From: a virus
Taxonomy: Duplodnaviria; Heunggongvirae; Uroviricota; Caudoviricetes; Ackermannviridae
Reading direction: 5' to 3' (one strand)
Virus record (IMG/VR): IMGVR_UViG_2974515140_000001
Span: 95,280-156,130 of that record
DNA: 60,851 nucleotides
A program made the translations under genes and the position numbers. Under the pieces are notes generated by a model. The model was not told where the DNA came from. It saw only the letters and a program-made list of their open reading frames with translations, and ran no database searches. Each line of letters starts with the position of its first letter. The stretch's first letter is position 1. Below are positions 37,248-46,990 of this stretch, piece by piece.

Positions 37248-39965
37248 AATAGCCTTCACAAACCTGGTGGCATCTTCAATCGCGTTGTGTGCCGAAGGCT
37301 GATATGTTGACATCATGAATTTCACCAAACGATGACATTCAACTCGGTATCGGTTTTTGGCCTTTTGCTTTTGAGATATAGTGCTGGTGACCTTTATCTC
37401 ATCAAATCCTTCAGCAGTTAATTTTTCATTCAATAAATCAACAACTTGAGTTAACTGGTTACAGGCGCGGAAAAATCTCGTAGTTGAGAAAGGCATTTCT
37501 ATATGATAATGTAATTCCTCAACAGCCTTGCGGAAATAACCGTACCCCGATCCATACGGATTTCGTTTGGCCAGCATACGAACAATCTTCCATTCTTCTT
37601 CAGTGATTTGTTGTTTCGCATAACTGATGATTGCTTTTGCCCTGTGTTGATGATGGGCATAGCCATCCGTAACTTTTCCATGGGAATCAATCAACAGCTT
37701 GGCACCATAATCAATTCGATGAGACATGATGTTTATGCCCTTGCGAAGTTTCAGGAGTTTCTTAGATTCAAGCGCCTGAAATTCATCTTTATAATGCTCA
37801 AGCAACATATCAAACACTGCGTCAATGGGGATGAATACTTCTGGGAATTTCTTCATCATCGGAACAGATTTACGACGCGCAAGAACGATTGTTGGATGCG
37901 CTCCCAGCAAATCAAACATGTTTTCGTTTCCATTCTCGCCGAACTTCGTTCTTTCCATCGCTTCACGCAAATGTCCAGCCGTGGATTGTCGTAAGGTATT
38001 ACCATGAATTTTATGGATACCTTCTCGGCCAGATACTTCGATATATACGATCTTTTTGCCTGAATCAATAATATCTGAAACGGTTTTTCCATCCAATTCA
38101 TAAACGCTGTCGAAGTTAAATGAATTGTAATGGAAACTAAACATCCCAGGATCTTTTTCAACGGTCGGGCGAACATATTCCATTTCATGCATGAAATAAA
38201 CTTCATCCGGATTGAATAAATCGCCAAAAACCTCGATCAGTTTATCGGCAAAGACCAGGTAGTCCGGCGTTGTTTCTTGTACACCGATCCATGATTCAAA
38301 ATAAGACTTCAATTCCTCATGGTTGGTGAATGATTCTTTATGTGCCGCCAGCTGATTCCGATTACTGAAATAATTTTCATTCGGTTTGACGACGATAACG
38401 ACATTGAAGTTATTGCGTGCTGTTTGTATCTTCAGGTTTCGAGCACGATTCGAGTTATCAATAATAACAGCAATTTTTGAATTAGATTTCAACCAATTTC
38501 CGACAGAGTTCACATAAATGCTGTCGTGTACTACACCGTTGTCGTGTACTTCAATTTCGTAAGGACTACCAATAGACCGGAAAGGTGCATCCAAAGAGTA
38601 ATCGCGCACGACGTCCGGCGCTCCGATATAACGGAACGTGCCTTTGTAGAAACGGTTATCTGCAGGAAATTCTCGCTCCACTAATTTACGGAAACCGCTA
38701 CCGAACATATCGGTCAATTGAGCCTTCTTCATATAAAGCATAAGAGGACCCATAGATTCGGCCTGGCGAAGTTCATACATCTTCGCCTGCATAATATTGT
38801 CAGCCACATATTTGAACACTCGGTTCAGGCTTTCACGGGTGAACTCGTCATATGACAAGTCTTCACGTGATGGAGGAACATTCAATTCTCCAAGTTCGAA
38901 GAAGGTATAGGAACTCGGGAATTTCTCCAGCACCGAACGTATTTCAGAATCCAATTGCTCAAGATCTATCGGATAAGAAACCCCGCCCATGACAGCATAG
39001 TGGATGTTGTCGGAATCTGACTTCGGTTGGATATATGTGTTGCCTACACGGTTTTCGAAGTTGATGTTAGACCAACGGAAAGAATAACTGGCGTTTTCAA
39101 CCTTCGGTCGCATTGAAGGTCGCATCACTCGACCCAAACGGACCAACTCTTGTTCAAAGGCGGTAAAACGCTGATTCTTTACAGGAACTTTAACAGTCAG
39201 GCCGTTGAACTCATCAGTGTCTTCCGGTTTAGGATCACGGGTATCTAAATCTTTGGTAATGAGATCTACAGTTGGGATTCTGTCCGCATTCAGATACATC
39301 AGGAAGCGATACAGTTTCCCTTCATAGCGACTTTCTACTGTAAATGAATCAGATACCGCAAATGGGGATTTAGAACCTAGCCCAAACGCCCCTATTTGCC
39401 CGTCGTCGTCCTCTTTTGTACTATGGAAGAGTGTTGTATACAAACCAGGACCACGAATGATCTCGCCATCCTCAGCGCGGAATACCAGTACCCCATTATA
39501 ATAACCAGGTGTACCAATAACAGCAGTGCTATCAGGGATTTCGTCTTCCTTCACGACGATATTACCTTCAACCAGCACTTCATCTTCACGCGCTGTAATA
39601 GGCTCGCCGATGATCATTTCTAATGGAAGACCAACCCCATAATCTTTAATTTCCAGCCAGGGTTCCATAACATCCGGTAAATGTACAACAACAGGAGTTC
39701 CCTTGGGGGCAAGATGTTTGCTGTATCGTTGAGGCATAGGAGTGAGAGGAGCATAATGCGATGGCATCCAGCGTTGTTGGCGATCACGCATATCATGCGA
39801 GTCTATACCATTACACAACGTCTCACGTAAAGACGCCGCCTCTTTATATTTGTAGAGACTTGAGAATAATGTTTCAAATAATTTATCCGTCATCTTGACA
39901 TTGAATGTCTGTCCGACGATGGTAGAAGAAGAGCGCACGAAATGCTCGGACTTGCGCATTTTCAT
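37224..39965 (-). CDS. rIIA: rIIA protein
   Basis: SSLYKYKEAASLRETLCNGIDSH, IKDYGVGL, STK....QIGAFGLGSKSPFA (GHKL fold), PPSREDLS. Confidence 0.93.
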   Translation of the reverse strand: MKMRKSEHFVRSSSTIVGQTFNVKMTDKLFETLFSSLYKYKEAASLRETLCNGIDSHDMRDRQQRWMPSHYAPLTPMPQRYSKHLAPKGTPVVVHLPDVMEPWLEIKDYGVGLPLEMIIGEPITAREDEVLVEGNIVVKEDEIPDSTAVIGTPGYYNGVLVFRAEDGEIIRGPGLYTTLFHSTKEDDDGQIGAFGLGSKSPFAVSDSFTVESRYEGKLYRFLMYLNADRIPTVDLITKDLDTRDPKPEDTDEFNGLTVKVPVKNQRFTAFEQELVRLGRVMRPSMRPKVENASYSFRWSNINFENRVGNTYIQPKSDSDNIHYAVMGGVSYPIDLEQLDSEIRSVLEKFPSSYTFFELGELNVPPSREDLSYDEFTRESLNRVFKYVADNIMQAKMYELRQAESMGPLMLYMKKAQLTDMFGSGFRKLVEREFPADNRFYKGTFRYIGAPDVVRDYSLDAPFRSIGSPYEIEVHDNGVVHDSIYVNSVGNWLKSNSKIAVIIDNSNRARNLKIQTARNNFNVVIVVKPNENYFSNRNQLAAHKESFTNHEELKSYFESWIGVQETTPDYLVFADKLIEVFGDLFNPDEVYFMHEMEYVRPTVEKDPGMFSFHYNSFNFDSVYELDGKTVSDIIDSGKKIVYIEVSGREGIHKIHGNTLRQSTAGHLREAMERTKFGENGNENMFDLLGAHPTIVLARRKSVPMMKKFPEVFIPIDAVFDMLLEHYKDEFQALESKKLLKLRKGINIMSHRIDYGAKLLIDSHGKVTDGYAHHQHRAKAIISYAKQQITEEEWKIVRMLAKRNPYGSGYGYFRKAVEELHYHIEMPFSTTRFFRACNQLTQVVDLLNEKLTAEGFDEIKVTSTISQKQKAKNRYRVECHRLVKFMMSTYQPSAHNAIEDATRFVKAISKRILGA

Positions 39966-40016
39966 AGTATAGAATTCCTGTTCAGATCAAAGAAGAACAC
40001 ATTATTGGGTAAGGTT

Positions 40017-40039
40017 ATGATACTGGCGGGTGGTTCAAT
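40017..40039 (-). promoter_or_regulatory. ATTGAA-N11-TATCAT promoter (rIIA)
   Basis: Follows the terminator at 40041-40064. Confidence 0.6.
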
Positions 40040-40040
40040 A

Positions 40041-40064
40041 GAAAAGCCTCCAATCGGAGGCTTT
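40041..40064 (-). terminator. Intrinsic terminator
   Basis: AAAGCCTCC-GATT-GGAGGCTTTT. Confidence 0.75.
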
Positions 40065-40072
40065 AATCAGGA

Positions 40073-40426
40073 TTAACTTCCCTGAACGTTTACAACGGTG
40101 GCGTTGAAATTGAATATCGGGTGGGTGGCACCTGGCTCTAACGTCTCTTCCAGATAACCCACAATATTGCGTGTCACAGATTTCGGCTCTGCGCGGGAAG
40201 GCTTCGTTGCGCCGAGGTCAATAATGCTCGAAGTGACTTGTTCAAACTGGGTGTGACTGACAACAAAATGATAACGACTACCGAAGGCCGCAACTTCAAC
40301 TTCTGTGATTTCTAAACCACTCAATTCAGAGCTGTTCAACTGCTTCACATTCAATTGAGAGCGGAGGTGCTCTACGATATTACTGTAAACATATTGTGGT
40401 GTGATCAGCTGTTCAATAGAACTCAT
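40073..40426 (-). CDS. Hypothetical protein
   Basis: 117 aa; GAGG RBS. Confidence 0.7.
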   Translation of the reverse strand: MSSIEQLITPQYVYSNIVEHLRSQLNVKQLNSSELSGLEITEVEVAAFGSRYHFVVSHTQFEQVTSSIIDLGATKPSRAEPKSVTRNIVGYLEETLEPGATHPIFNFNATVVNVQGS

Positions 40427-40628
40427 GACATATCCTCATTTCTTTGGGGGGGTTATTGTTACTTAAACGGATCACCTCTGCTCGAAGGAAGAGGATTTCA
40501 TCGGCCATCATTTTACCTTCTTGAAACATAACATGACATCGTGATGATCTGGGTTCACCTTCCGATAATGCGTGAAGGCGATATTCGGGGATGACGTCAT
40601 TTACGGCGTTTCTTTTTGTTCTTTCCAT
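40413..40628 (-). CDS. Hypothetical protein
   Basis: Start uncertain; MERTKR chosen. Confidence 0.55.
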   Translation of the reverse strand: MERTKRNAVNDVIPEYRLHALSEGEPRSSRCHVMFQEGKMMADEILFLRAEVIRLSNNNPPKEMRICHEFY

Positions 40629-40803
40629 GGGTCTTGGCCTTTTTAGGACGACTGACGGAAGGACGAGCATGCCCAGGTTCCCCAGGGGTACACCCCTGTG
40701 CATAACGATGATCATCCCAGAGACGACCATTATGCATCATATCTTCAGCCATGGCGGACAAAGCAAGGGTTGCTACAGTCGCAGCAGATAATGGTTTAGA
40801 CAT
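40597..40803 (-). CDS. Small protein with a basic C-terminal tail
   Basis: ...RPKKAKTHGKNKKKRRK; start MSKPL. Confidence 0.65.
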   Translation of the reverse strand: MSKPLSAATVATLALSAMAEDMMHNGRLWDDHRYAQGCTPGEPGHARPSVSRPKKAKTHGKNKKKRRK

Positions 40804-41230
40804 TTGTTTCACCTTTTGCTGCATACGACAGAGCTTTTACGATCATAACAGCCAAACCGATATTGTCGAATTCTTGTTCTACAATCTTACGTATTTCATC
40901 AGAAGATTGTACTTCGGAGCAGTTCTTGCTCTGTCTGCGTTGCTCTTGCTCGACTAGATCTTTGAACAGAAGGTCTTTGAAAGAATACTCATCGAAGTTT
41001 TCAAGATACTGTTGGATGCTTGGTTGTTTTACATCCATCGTTTGACGCAAATTGCTAATAGTTGAACTTGCCTGTTCGCGGTGTTTGTTCATAACAGCAA
41101 AGTTAACGGGCTTGCCCCAAGCATTCATCACTGGATTAGAGCATACTTGGCCAAAGAGATCTTGGAAGGCATCGTCCATGTGGATCAACGCAGTGGCCAA
41201 TTCCTCATAAGTTGGTTTTTGAGTAGTCAT
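40796..41230 (-). CDS. Hypothetical protein
   Basis: 144 aa; GGAG RBS. Confidence 0.7.
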   Translation of the reverse strand: MTTQKPTYEELATALIHMDDAFQDLFGQVCSNPVMNAWGKPVNFAVMNKHREQASSTISNLRQTMDVKQPSIQQYLENFDEYSFKDLLFKDLVEQEQRRQSKNCSEVQSSDEIRKIVEQEFDNIGLAVMIVKALSYAAKGETNV

Positions 41231-41598
41231 TTTCGTTTACTCCGATTTTTATATTTCTTAGCCTGACGTTTATGTTGGGCGGCTCCATATAGGCGCGGCG
41301 GCTTTTGATAACGTTGTGACGCAATTATATCTCTGTCATCGGCTTCTGCTTCACAATACGAAATATCTGCCTTCCGTAACTGAGCCACCGCTTGAGATAC
41401 CAATGTTTTGCGTTCACTTTCTACCAGATCATCACAAATTATCATGCGTTCACCTGGTTCACAACGACGTTTAGGAATATCGTCTACACTGATACATTCT
41501 ACTTCAACGCCTTTCAACTTTTCTTGAAGGATAATGGCCATAGTACGAGCGCCCACCCCTCCTCCAATAATTGCAATCTTTCTTGGCTTGTCAGACAT
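41227..41598 (-). CDS. Hypothetical protein with a Rossmann-like N-terminal motif and a basic tail
   Basis: KIAIIGGGVGA. Confidence 0.65.
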   Translation of the reverse strand: MSDKPRKIAIIGGGVGARTMAIILQEKLKGVEVECISVDDIPKRRCEPGERMIICDDLVESERKTLVSQAVAQLRKADISYCEAEADDRDIIASQRYQKPPRLYGAAQHKRQAKKYKNRSKRK

Positions 41599-41613
41599 AA
41601 TACATTCCATAAA

Positions 41614-41654
41614 AAAGAGGATAGAGCAATAATACCCTATCCCCCTTTATTGAA
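41614..41654 (-). promoter_or_regulatory. TTCAAT-N14-TATTAT promoter inside a terminator hairpin
   Basis: TTCAAT 41649-41654, -10 at 41629-41634; GGATAG/CTATCC stem plus T6 tail. Confidence 0.7.
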
Positions 41655-41660
41655 GAACGA

Positions 41661-42086
41661 TTAGTCTTTGGATTCTACTTTATCACCGCGCAGATCCTGG
41701 ACGGGTTTGCCATCCGGCGACATGATGTAGATGGTGTTAATTGTCTCAAACCAAGATAGTTCATCAACTCCTTCAGTGTATGGAGTTACCGGAACTGAAG
41801 TTTTGATATGATAACCATCGTTATTTGGGGTGCCATCAGACTTCAGCACTGGCTCCAGGAAGGCGAAACGACCATTTGGATAAATCACCCCGCCTTTAAA
41901 CATCCGGATCTTCTTGCGAGGGTTGTTGGCCTCGCCAAGGCACACGACCAGATGATGGATCATCTCCGGACGGGTAAGCAACGTGTCGTCACGGATGATA
42001 CCCTGTTTAATAGCGGAGATCACCACTTCGTCCAGCAGCAGGCGCTGTTGGTCCAGCGTCAGTGATTCAGTAAGTTTCAGAGCCAT
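41661..42086 (-). CDS. Hypothetical protein
   Basis: Start reassigned to MALKL (TAATG coupling). Confidence 0.7.
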   Translation of the reverse strand: MALKLTESLTLDQQRLLLDEVVISAIKQGIIRDDTLLTRPEMIHHLVVCLGEANNPRKKIRMFKGGVIYPNGRFAFLEPVLKSDGTPNNDGYHIKTSVPVTPYTEGVDELSWFETINTIYIMSPDGKPVQDLRGDKVESKD

Positions 42087-42214
42087 TATTCGTACCCCAA
42101 ACATTTGTTTAAGAAAGTCAGGACATCATCCATGGTCTTGACCTCAATTTCAATGCCGAGTTGTTCCGCCAACTTGTTGGTGTTCTCGACGATCTCTTTG
42201 TCTCGCGCAGACAT
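42086..42214 (-). CDS. Small hypothetical protein (42 aa)
   Basis: MSARDKEIVENTNKLAEQLGIEI... Confidence 0.6.
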   Translation of the reverse strand: MSARDKEIVENTNKLAEQLGIEIEVKTMDDVLTFLNKCLGYE

Positions 42215-42218
42215 GATG

Positions 42219-42788
42219 TCAGCCTTTGAAGTTAATCGGAGTCTGGACACCGGAGTCAAATGCGGCCTGGGTACGGGTGTCACTCACCACCTGACATGTC
42301 TTGTCAAGATCGATACGCGGATATCCAAAGATTCCTGCTATCAGAGAACCAGGGAACTGACCAAGTTTAGTTTCATAGATCGCACATGCGTCCAATTTTT
42401 TAGTTTGGCTAATGCGGAATTCATCCCGACCTGAGCTGATAACAACCTGAATCTCTTTGTACAAAGATGAATCAAACTGAATATTCTGTTCCTGAATCCA
42501 TTGCATTACTGCTTTGGAACCATCTGCGCCATAACGGCCTTGGAAAGTATCTTTGATCACTTCCTTCAAACCGTTTTTGTACATGTCAGGAATCTGTGCC
42601 GTCTCCTGAACTTTGAGCGTGTAGTTGCTCAGGTGGTTTTCAGAATCTTTGTTGAACTTTTTGACCTGTTGTTCAATGCGGTTGAAGTCATTGAAATAGC
42701 TAACCACACTACCAATCCCAATTACAGCAAATGCTAGAATTGCCAACCCAACGATCCAACCAATTGAAATACCTTTACGTTGTGACAT
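42219..42788 (-). CDS. LemA-like membrane-anchored protein
   Basis: N-terminal TM; YFNDFNRIE; YETKLGQFPGSLIAGIFGY C-terminal LemA-type motif. Confidence 0.65.
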   Translation of the reverse strand: MSQRKGISIGWIVGLAILAFAVIGIGSVVSYFNDFNRIEQQVKKFNKDSENHLSNYTLKVQETAQIPDMYKNGLKEVIKDTFQGRYGADGSKAVMQWIQEQNIQFDSSLYKEIQVVISSGRDEFRISQTKKLDACAIYETKLGQFPGSLIAGIFGYPRIDLDKTCQVVSDTRTQAAFDSGVQTPINFKG

Positions 42789-42803
42789 CTTTACTTCCTC
42801 TTG

Positions 42804-43913
42804 TTAAAACAAACGTTTGTAAGTGCGACCATTGTACTGCATGCGGCCTAATATGAAAACTGCGGTAAAAGGGATACATCCAAACAGCACGACGATAATC
42901 ACTTCCCAAGTTTTAAGATCTCGCCATTTCAGATATTCCATTTCCTTCATCTCAACTCGGTTGTATCCCTTACTGATATTGACCGCAACTTCTTGGAACA
43001 CGGATATGCCCATTGGTTTCCCAGTCAATGAAAGTCCGTTACGAGAATGGAGTTCCATGTTGTTCATGCCGTCGGCAAATGACGTAGACTTACCCCAATT
43101 AATTTTCATATCCTTTGAAATATCGGTGACTACAATAACATCGTTCTTTTTACCGCCAGACCATGCATATAGAAGTCCCTGAAAATATTCAACAGGCTGG
43201 CCAGAAGTCACAACCCAAACGATATTAACCTGACGTGAAGCACCTAATGTTTTCAGAGTATTGTTCAGATAGTCATTCCAGTAATCAACAGGAATGTCCA
43301 TCCCTGACATATTCAGAACACGAGTTACTCGGTAATAATCATACACCCTCGGATATGAAGGGATATGCTCTTTGAACTTCTCAGCGAATTGCTGGTCAGA
43401 TTTAGAGAATAATGAATCTTTGTTGCCCAGCACATAATTCATATATGAATGTTCACGTGCCGCAGGTTCCCCGATTTTAACTTGTGCCCAACGCGGAGGC
43501 TCTGTAGTACCCTGACGATCAATACGGTCAATGCTCAGATCACCGACGGTTGTTAATACGTCCCAATCAACGTCATAAGAGTGCTCATAGCATGTGCTGC
43601 AATGACGCGTTTGTGTACAAGATCGGTTATTTCCTGAACCTGTACAAGATGTTGTGTAATAACACATACATTCATAAGAATGTTCACAACCCACCTTATT
43701 CCGTTGCTTATCAGTTACATATCCATTCAAAATTTCCACGTCCCCAGAACTACCAAGGGAGAAAGCAGCATATAATCCCGACTGAGTAAGGCAAGACAAT
43801 ACGATAACAATGGCCGTGGCGATCAAAGTCTCCTTTGGCTCATGAGTCTTGCGGTGATATATCACAAACAAGATGGCCAAAATTACAGGAACCACAAACA
43901 GAAGGTAAATCAT
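42804..43913 (-). CDS. Multi-pass membrane protein with a Cys/His-rich segment and a TPM-like domain
   Basis: Two N-terminal TMs, CEHSYECMC...CSTCYEH, VNIVWVVT ... W.GGKKNDVIVV, C-terminal TM. Confidence 0.6.
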   Translation of the reverse strand: MIYLLFVVPVILAILFVIYHRKTHEPKETLIATAIVIVLSCLTQSGLYAAFSLGSSGDVEILNGYVTDKQRNKVGCEHSYECMCYYTTSCTGSGNNRSCTQTRHCSTCYEHSYDVDWDVLTTVGDLSIDRIDRQGTTEPPRWAQVKIGEPAAREHSYMNYVLGNKDSLFSKSDQQFAEKFKEHIPSYPRVYDYYRVTRVLNMSGMDIPVDYWNDYLNNTLKTLGASRQVNIVWVVTSGQPVEYFQGLLYAWSGGKKNDVIVVTDISKDMKINWGKSTSFADGMNNMELHSRNGLSLTGKPMGISVFQEVAVNISKGYNRVEMKEMEYLKWRDLKTWEVIIVVLFGCIPFTAVFILGRMQYNGRTYKRLF

Positions 43914-44296
43914 AACACACCATCCACGAGTTGTGATTTAGTCATACCCAGAAGTTGATTTTTGTGAGAACTGTGCGCCCCGTTCAATTTGAGCAATTCC
44001 CAGCGTTCTTCATGATACTGTGGAGTCATTGCATCGTCAAAAGAAACATGGTGGCGATGCATAATTGTTGCAACGGTGTGAAGAACGATTGCTGTTGCTC
44101 TTTTTAAAGCACGTGTATCCGTGATGTGGTCTTCGTATTCGATTCCCATCAAATCGAGTTCTTTTCGGATATATGCTATAGACAAATCACCTTCAGAATG
44201 CAATTTAACAATAGTCGCTTTCTTAGAATGTAATGCGCCGTCTGTTTCTTTCATGAACAGATCGTACAAATATTGTTTGTATCCTGACTGCGTCAT
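43910..44296 (-). CDS. Hypothetical protein
   Basis: 128 aa; coupled. Confidence 0.7.
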   Translation of the reverse strand: MTQSGYKQYLYDLFMKETDGALHSKKATIVKLHSEGDLSIAYIRKELDLMGIEYEDHITDTRALKRATAIVLHTVATIMHRHHVSFDDAMTPQYHEERWELLKLNGAHSSHKNQLLGMTKSQLVDGVL

Positions 44297-44505
44297 TTAG
44301 ATTCTCCCATGACGATAACGGAAGCGCCATTACGGAAGCATCCATATTCGGGTGGAAGACCTTCGCGAACCTTCTGGGCGAACGCTTCAGAAACAACCAA
44401 ACGACCAACCAGGGGTTCTTTTTGTTTTGGGGTGGATTCAAAGTAATCACCAAAAGTCGCTTCCATATCGAGCACAGACATGTCTTCAATTCGTTGCATT
44501 GCCAT
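44293..44505 (-). CDS. Hypothetical protein
   Basis: 70 aa; GAGG RBS. Confidence 0.7.
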   Translation of the reverse strand: MAMQRIEDMSVLDMEATFGDYFESTPKQKEPLVGRLVVSEAFAQKVREGLPPEYGCFRNGASVIVMGESK

Positions 44506-44516
44506 GATATAGGACC

Positions 44517-44708
44517 TCAGTATAATTTCGTATAAACTTGTTTAACGCCAATATCAGCAGGAGCTGTGCTCTGCTGCATATTATAGAATGCCAAATCTGC
44601 TTGTTCTTTGTTTTCAAAATCAACTACAACTGTGTGTACTGATATTGCTTCACCCTGTCCATAAGCATAACAACGGCTGGTGACCAATATTTTGTATTGA
44701 GGTGTCAT
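44517..44708 (-). CDS. Hypothetical protein
   Basis: 63 aa; AGGA RBS. Confidence 0.7.
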   Translation of the reverse strand: MTPQYKILVTSRCYAYGQGEAISVHTVVVDFENKEQADLAFYNMQQSTAPADIGVKQVYTKLY

Positions 44709-44723
44709 AAATCAATCCTTGCA

Positions 44724-44770
44724 AAAAGAAAGGGGAACGGGCTAATAATAACCCATTCCCCTTTATTGAA
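44724..44770 (-). promoter_or_regulatory. TTCAAT-N14-TATTAT promoter inside a terminator hairpin
   Basis: TTCAAT 44765-44770, -10 at 44745-44750; AAGGGGAA/TTCCCCTT stem plus T tail. Confidence 0.7.
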
Positions 44771-44789
44771 GAACGCAATCGCAATCAGA

Positions 44790-44957
44790 TTACTTTTTCT
44801 TCAGCTCTTCCAGCTTGGCTTCGATTTGTTCCAGGATGTCTTTACCCTTCTGAACAATCACTTCACCGTCTTGCGCGTGTTTACGGAAGACCAGAGCGCC
44901 AGCGATGAAGCCAACAACCACACCAGGAAGCACATAAACCAACAGATCTTGTAACAT
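44790..44957 (-). CDS. 55-aa TM plus coiled-coil protein (not in ORF track)
   Basis: MLQDLLVYVLPGVVVGFIAGALVFRKHAQDGEVIVQKGKDILEQIEAKLEELKKK; GAGG RBS. Confidence 0.75.
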   Translation of the reverse strand: MLQDLLVYVLPGVVVGFIAGALVFRKHAQDGEVIVQKGKDILEQIEAKLEELKKK

Positions 44958-44992
44958 GATAATATCCTCACTTTATAGCGAGGATATTTATA

Positions 44993-46234
44993 TCAGCGTT
45001 TCAAGAGTGTCATGAGGTTCACACTTTTAGAAGGATACACAGTACCATTTCGGCTCATGGTGTCCAATTTACCAACTGACAAACAAACCTCAGACGGTTC
45101 CCAACGTGTGCCCTGCTGTAAATGCCAGATATGTAGAGGAACACCCGTCTCAAAGAACACAGGCATCTTCCACTTCTGGACGCCTGGAACGTGCCCTGCA
45201 GGAGCCTTCTCACATAACAGGGTATCTGGTAGCCAGAGTGAACGGGCTTCCCAGAGAGGTGCACAGGAGTATTCAGGCCAAATACGTTCCATATAATCGA
45301 TCTCGTCCCATGTACGCTCGGCGTCCCACCCGATGTAACGGGTATTCTTCAGTCGGAAGAATTTCTTCAGCCAACAAGCACCGGAGGTCTCAAAGTTCAG
45401 ACGATTGATAAACGTGATGTGGCCAAACTCTTCAACGCATTCCTGAAACGCTTTCTCAAGGTCGGTTTCGAGTATATCACATTCTTCGTCTGTAATAGGA
45501 CAACCGTTAATCTTTTTCTTCCCGTGCTTGGTCACCCAATCATCACGGTTGGATAAGAACGCCGCGCCGTTACGATTGGATTCGCTGCCATCACGGTCAC
45601 GCAACATGAAACCAGGGACGTCTATATCCCATATGTTACCGAAGACCATGTTCAGGGCTTCCAGGAAGTTCCATGCGCTCAGGCGGCCGAAGTATTTCCA
45701 GGACATCGCCGTATTCCACAGTTCGGTGAACTGGTCTTCCTTGGTAGTGCATTCCAACATCCAACGAAAAGAATCCATTTGGGTTTTACCACCCAACCAA
45801 TCGATATAGGACTGAACGCACGGAATCATCTTCGACTTACGATAACGACAATCTGTATCGAAGCGCATACGATCAAAGTTCAGGTTATACCAATCAGAAA
45901 ATCGCTGAAACTCTTTCGGAGATTGTGGGGGTACAGGAAATTCACTGTAAATTGTCCATGGTCCAATCCCATTATAGCAACAACCCCACAAAAAGGCCAT
46001 CCAAATCTTGCGCTCGATCTTCTCGAGCTGTGTGATGCCTTCTGTAACCTCTATGGCATAATCCATCAGACGGACTTGCTGGTTATGCTCTTCAGTGTAG
46101 GATAGCGCCTCCACCCATGCCTTGAGCAGGTACATGCGATTTTCTGGCTTACGATAATCTACTGCCAGATCAATCGGGTATTTCCATTTTTCAGGGGCTT
46201 TATACCCCTGCGGCATTTTAGAAATGTGTATCAT
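44993..46234 (-). CDS. Amino-acid:DNA transferase (aGPT-Pplase2 family; ViI gp247-like)
   Basis: Glycosylase-like HhH region KYFGRLSAWNFLEAL, FDTDCRYRK, ETSGACWLKK, RYIGWD. Confidence 0.75.
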   Translation of the reverse strand: MIHISKMPQGYKAPEKWKYPIDLAVDYRKPENRMYLLKAWVEALSYTEEHNQQVRLMDYAIEVTEGITQLEKIERKIWMAFLWGCCYNGIGPWTIYSEFPVPPQSPKEFQRFSDWYNLNFDRMRFDTDCRYRKSKMIPCVQSYIDWLGGKTQMDSFRWMLECTTKEDQFTELWNTAMSWKYFGRLSAWNFLEALNMVFGNIWDIDVPGFMLRDRDGSESNRNGAAFLSNRDDWVTKHGKKKINGCPITDEECDILETDLEKAFQECVEEFGHITFINRLNFETSGACWLKKFFRLKNTRYIGWDAERTWDEIDYMERIWPEYSCAPLWEARSLWLPDTLLCEKAPAGHVPGVQKWKMPVFFETGVPLHIWHLQQGTRWEPSEVCLSVGKLDTMSRNGTVYPSKSVNLMTLLKR

Positions 46235-46416
46235 CCGATTTTACTCCCGAGTTCAACACGGAACGCCAGATAGAAGAAAGTGGCGATCGATACTGGACAG
46301 ATCACCAAGAATGGGCGCTGTTGCACCCCTTCTGTGACCATGACGCCGACCAGCGAAACCGTAAAGATAACGAACATCAGCATCATGAAGATAAAATCAA
46401 CCTGCTTGATTTTCAT
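46231..46416 (-). CDS. Small two-TM membrane protein
   Basis: Hydrophobic, 61 aa. Confidence 0.65.
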   Translation of the reverse strand: MKIKQVDFIFMMLMFVIFTVSLVGVMVTEGVQQRPFLVICPVSIATFFYLAFRVELGSKIG

Positions 46417-46783
46417 CTTTCGCTTCCTCTACAGGAGAAACAACTTCAGGCTCAGCTTCGGGAGCCAGCTGAATTTCTTCGGGGCTTACTACGGGCTGTC
46501 CCAGAGACCAGATAGGCAGGAAACGACGATCATTCGTCACCAACCAAATTTGCTTGGCGGTTTTCGTCTTTTCGGAAATAAAATGCTGGGCATTGACTTG
46601 GGTACGAGCCAAACCCACCTGACGCCAAGAACCGAAATCCTTAGAAGAAGGATTGGTATTCAGTTGAAATTGTGGGACGATTTTATTCTGTTCCGGATAA
46701 TAACGGACAGCGTTAATCATCTTCGCATCACCACGGTAATCAATAGCAACAGCGACAACGTTGCGTGGAATGAGGATTTTCAT
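46397..46783 (-). CDS. Hypothetical protein
   Basis: 128 aa; AGGA RBS. Confidence 0.7.
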   Translation of the reverse strand: MKILIPRNVVAVAIDYRGDAKMINAVRYYPEQNKIVPQFQLNTNPSSKDFGSWRQVGLARTQVNAQHFISEKTKTAKQIWLVTNDRRFLPIWSLGQPVVSPEEIQLAPEAEPEVVSPVEEAKDENQAG

Positions 46784-46784
46784 T

Positions 46785-46988
46785 TTAATTCCTTTTGAAA
46801 CTCTGAATTATGTTATAGACGAAAGGCGTTAATAAGATAGCACCCCCCAAATAATATAACGCGTAAACGTTCAATATTTCGGTTGAATCCAACTCAACGA
46901 TGCCCAAATATTTCATGACACCGACAAGCACAGCTGTGATACACATCACCAATCCGACGAACACAAAATATTTAGACATCTGTTTCAT
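46785..46988 (-). CDS. Small two-TM membrane protein
   Basis: Hydrophobic, 67 aa. Confidence 0.65.
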   Translation of the reverse strand: MKQMSKYFVFVGLVMCITAVLVGVMKYLGIVELDSTEILNVYALYYLGGAILLTPFVYNIIQSFKRN

Positions 46989-46990
46989 TT

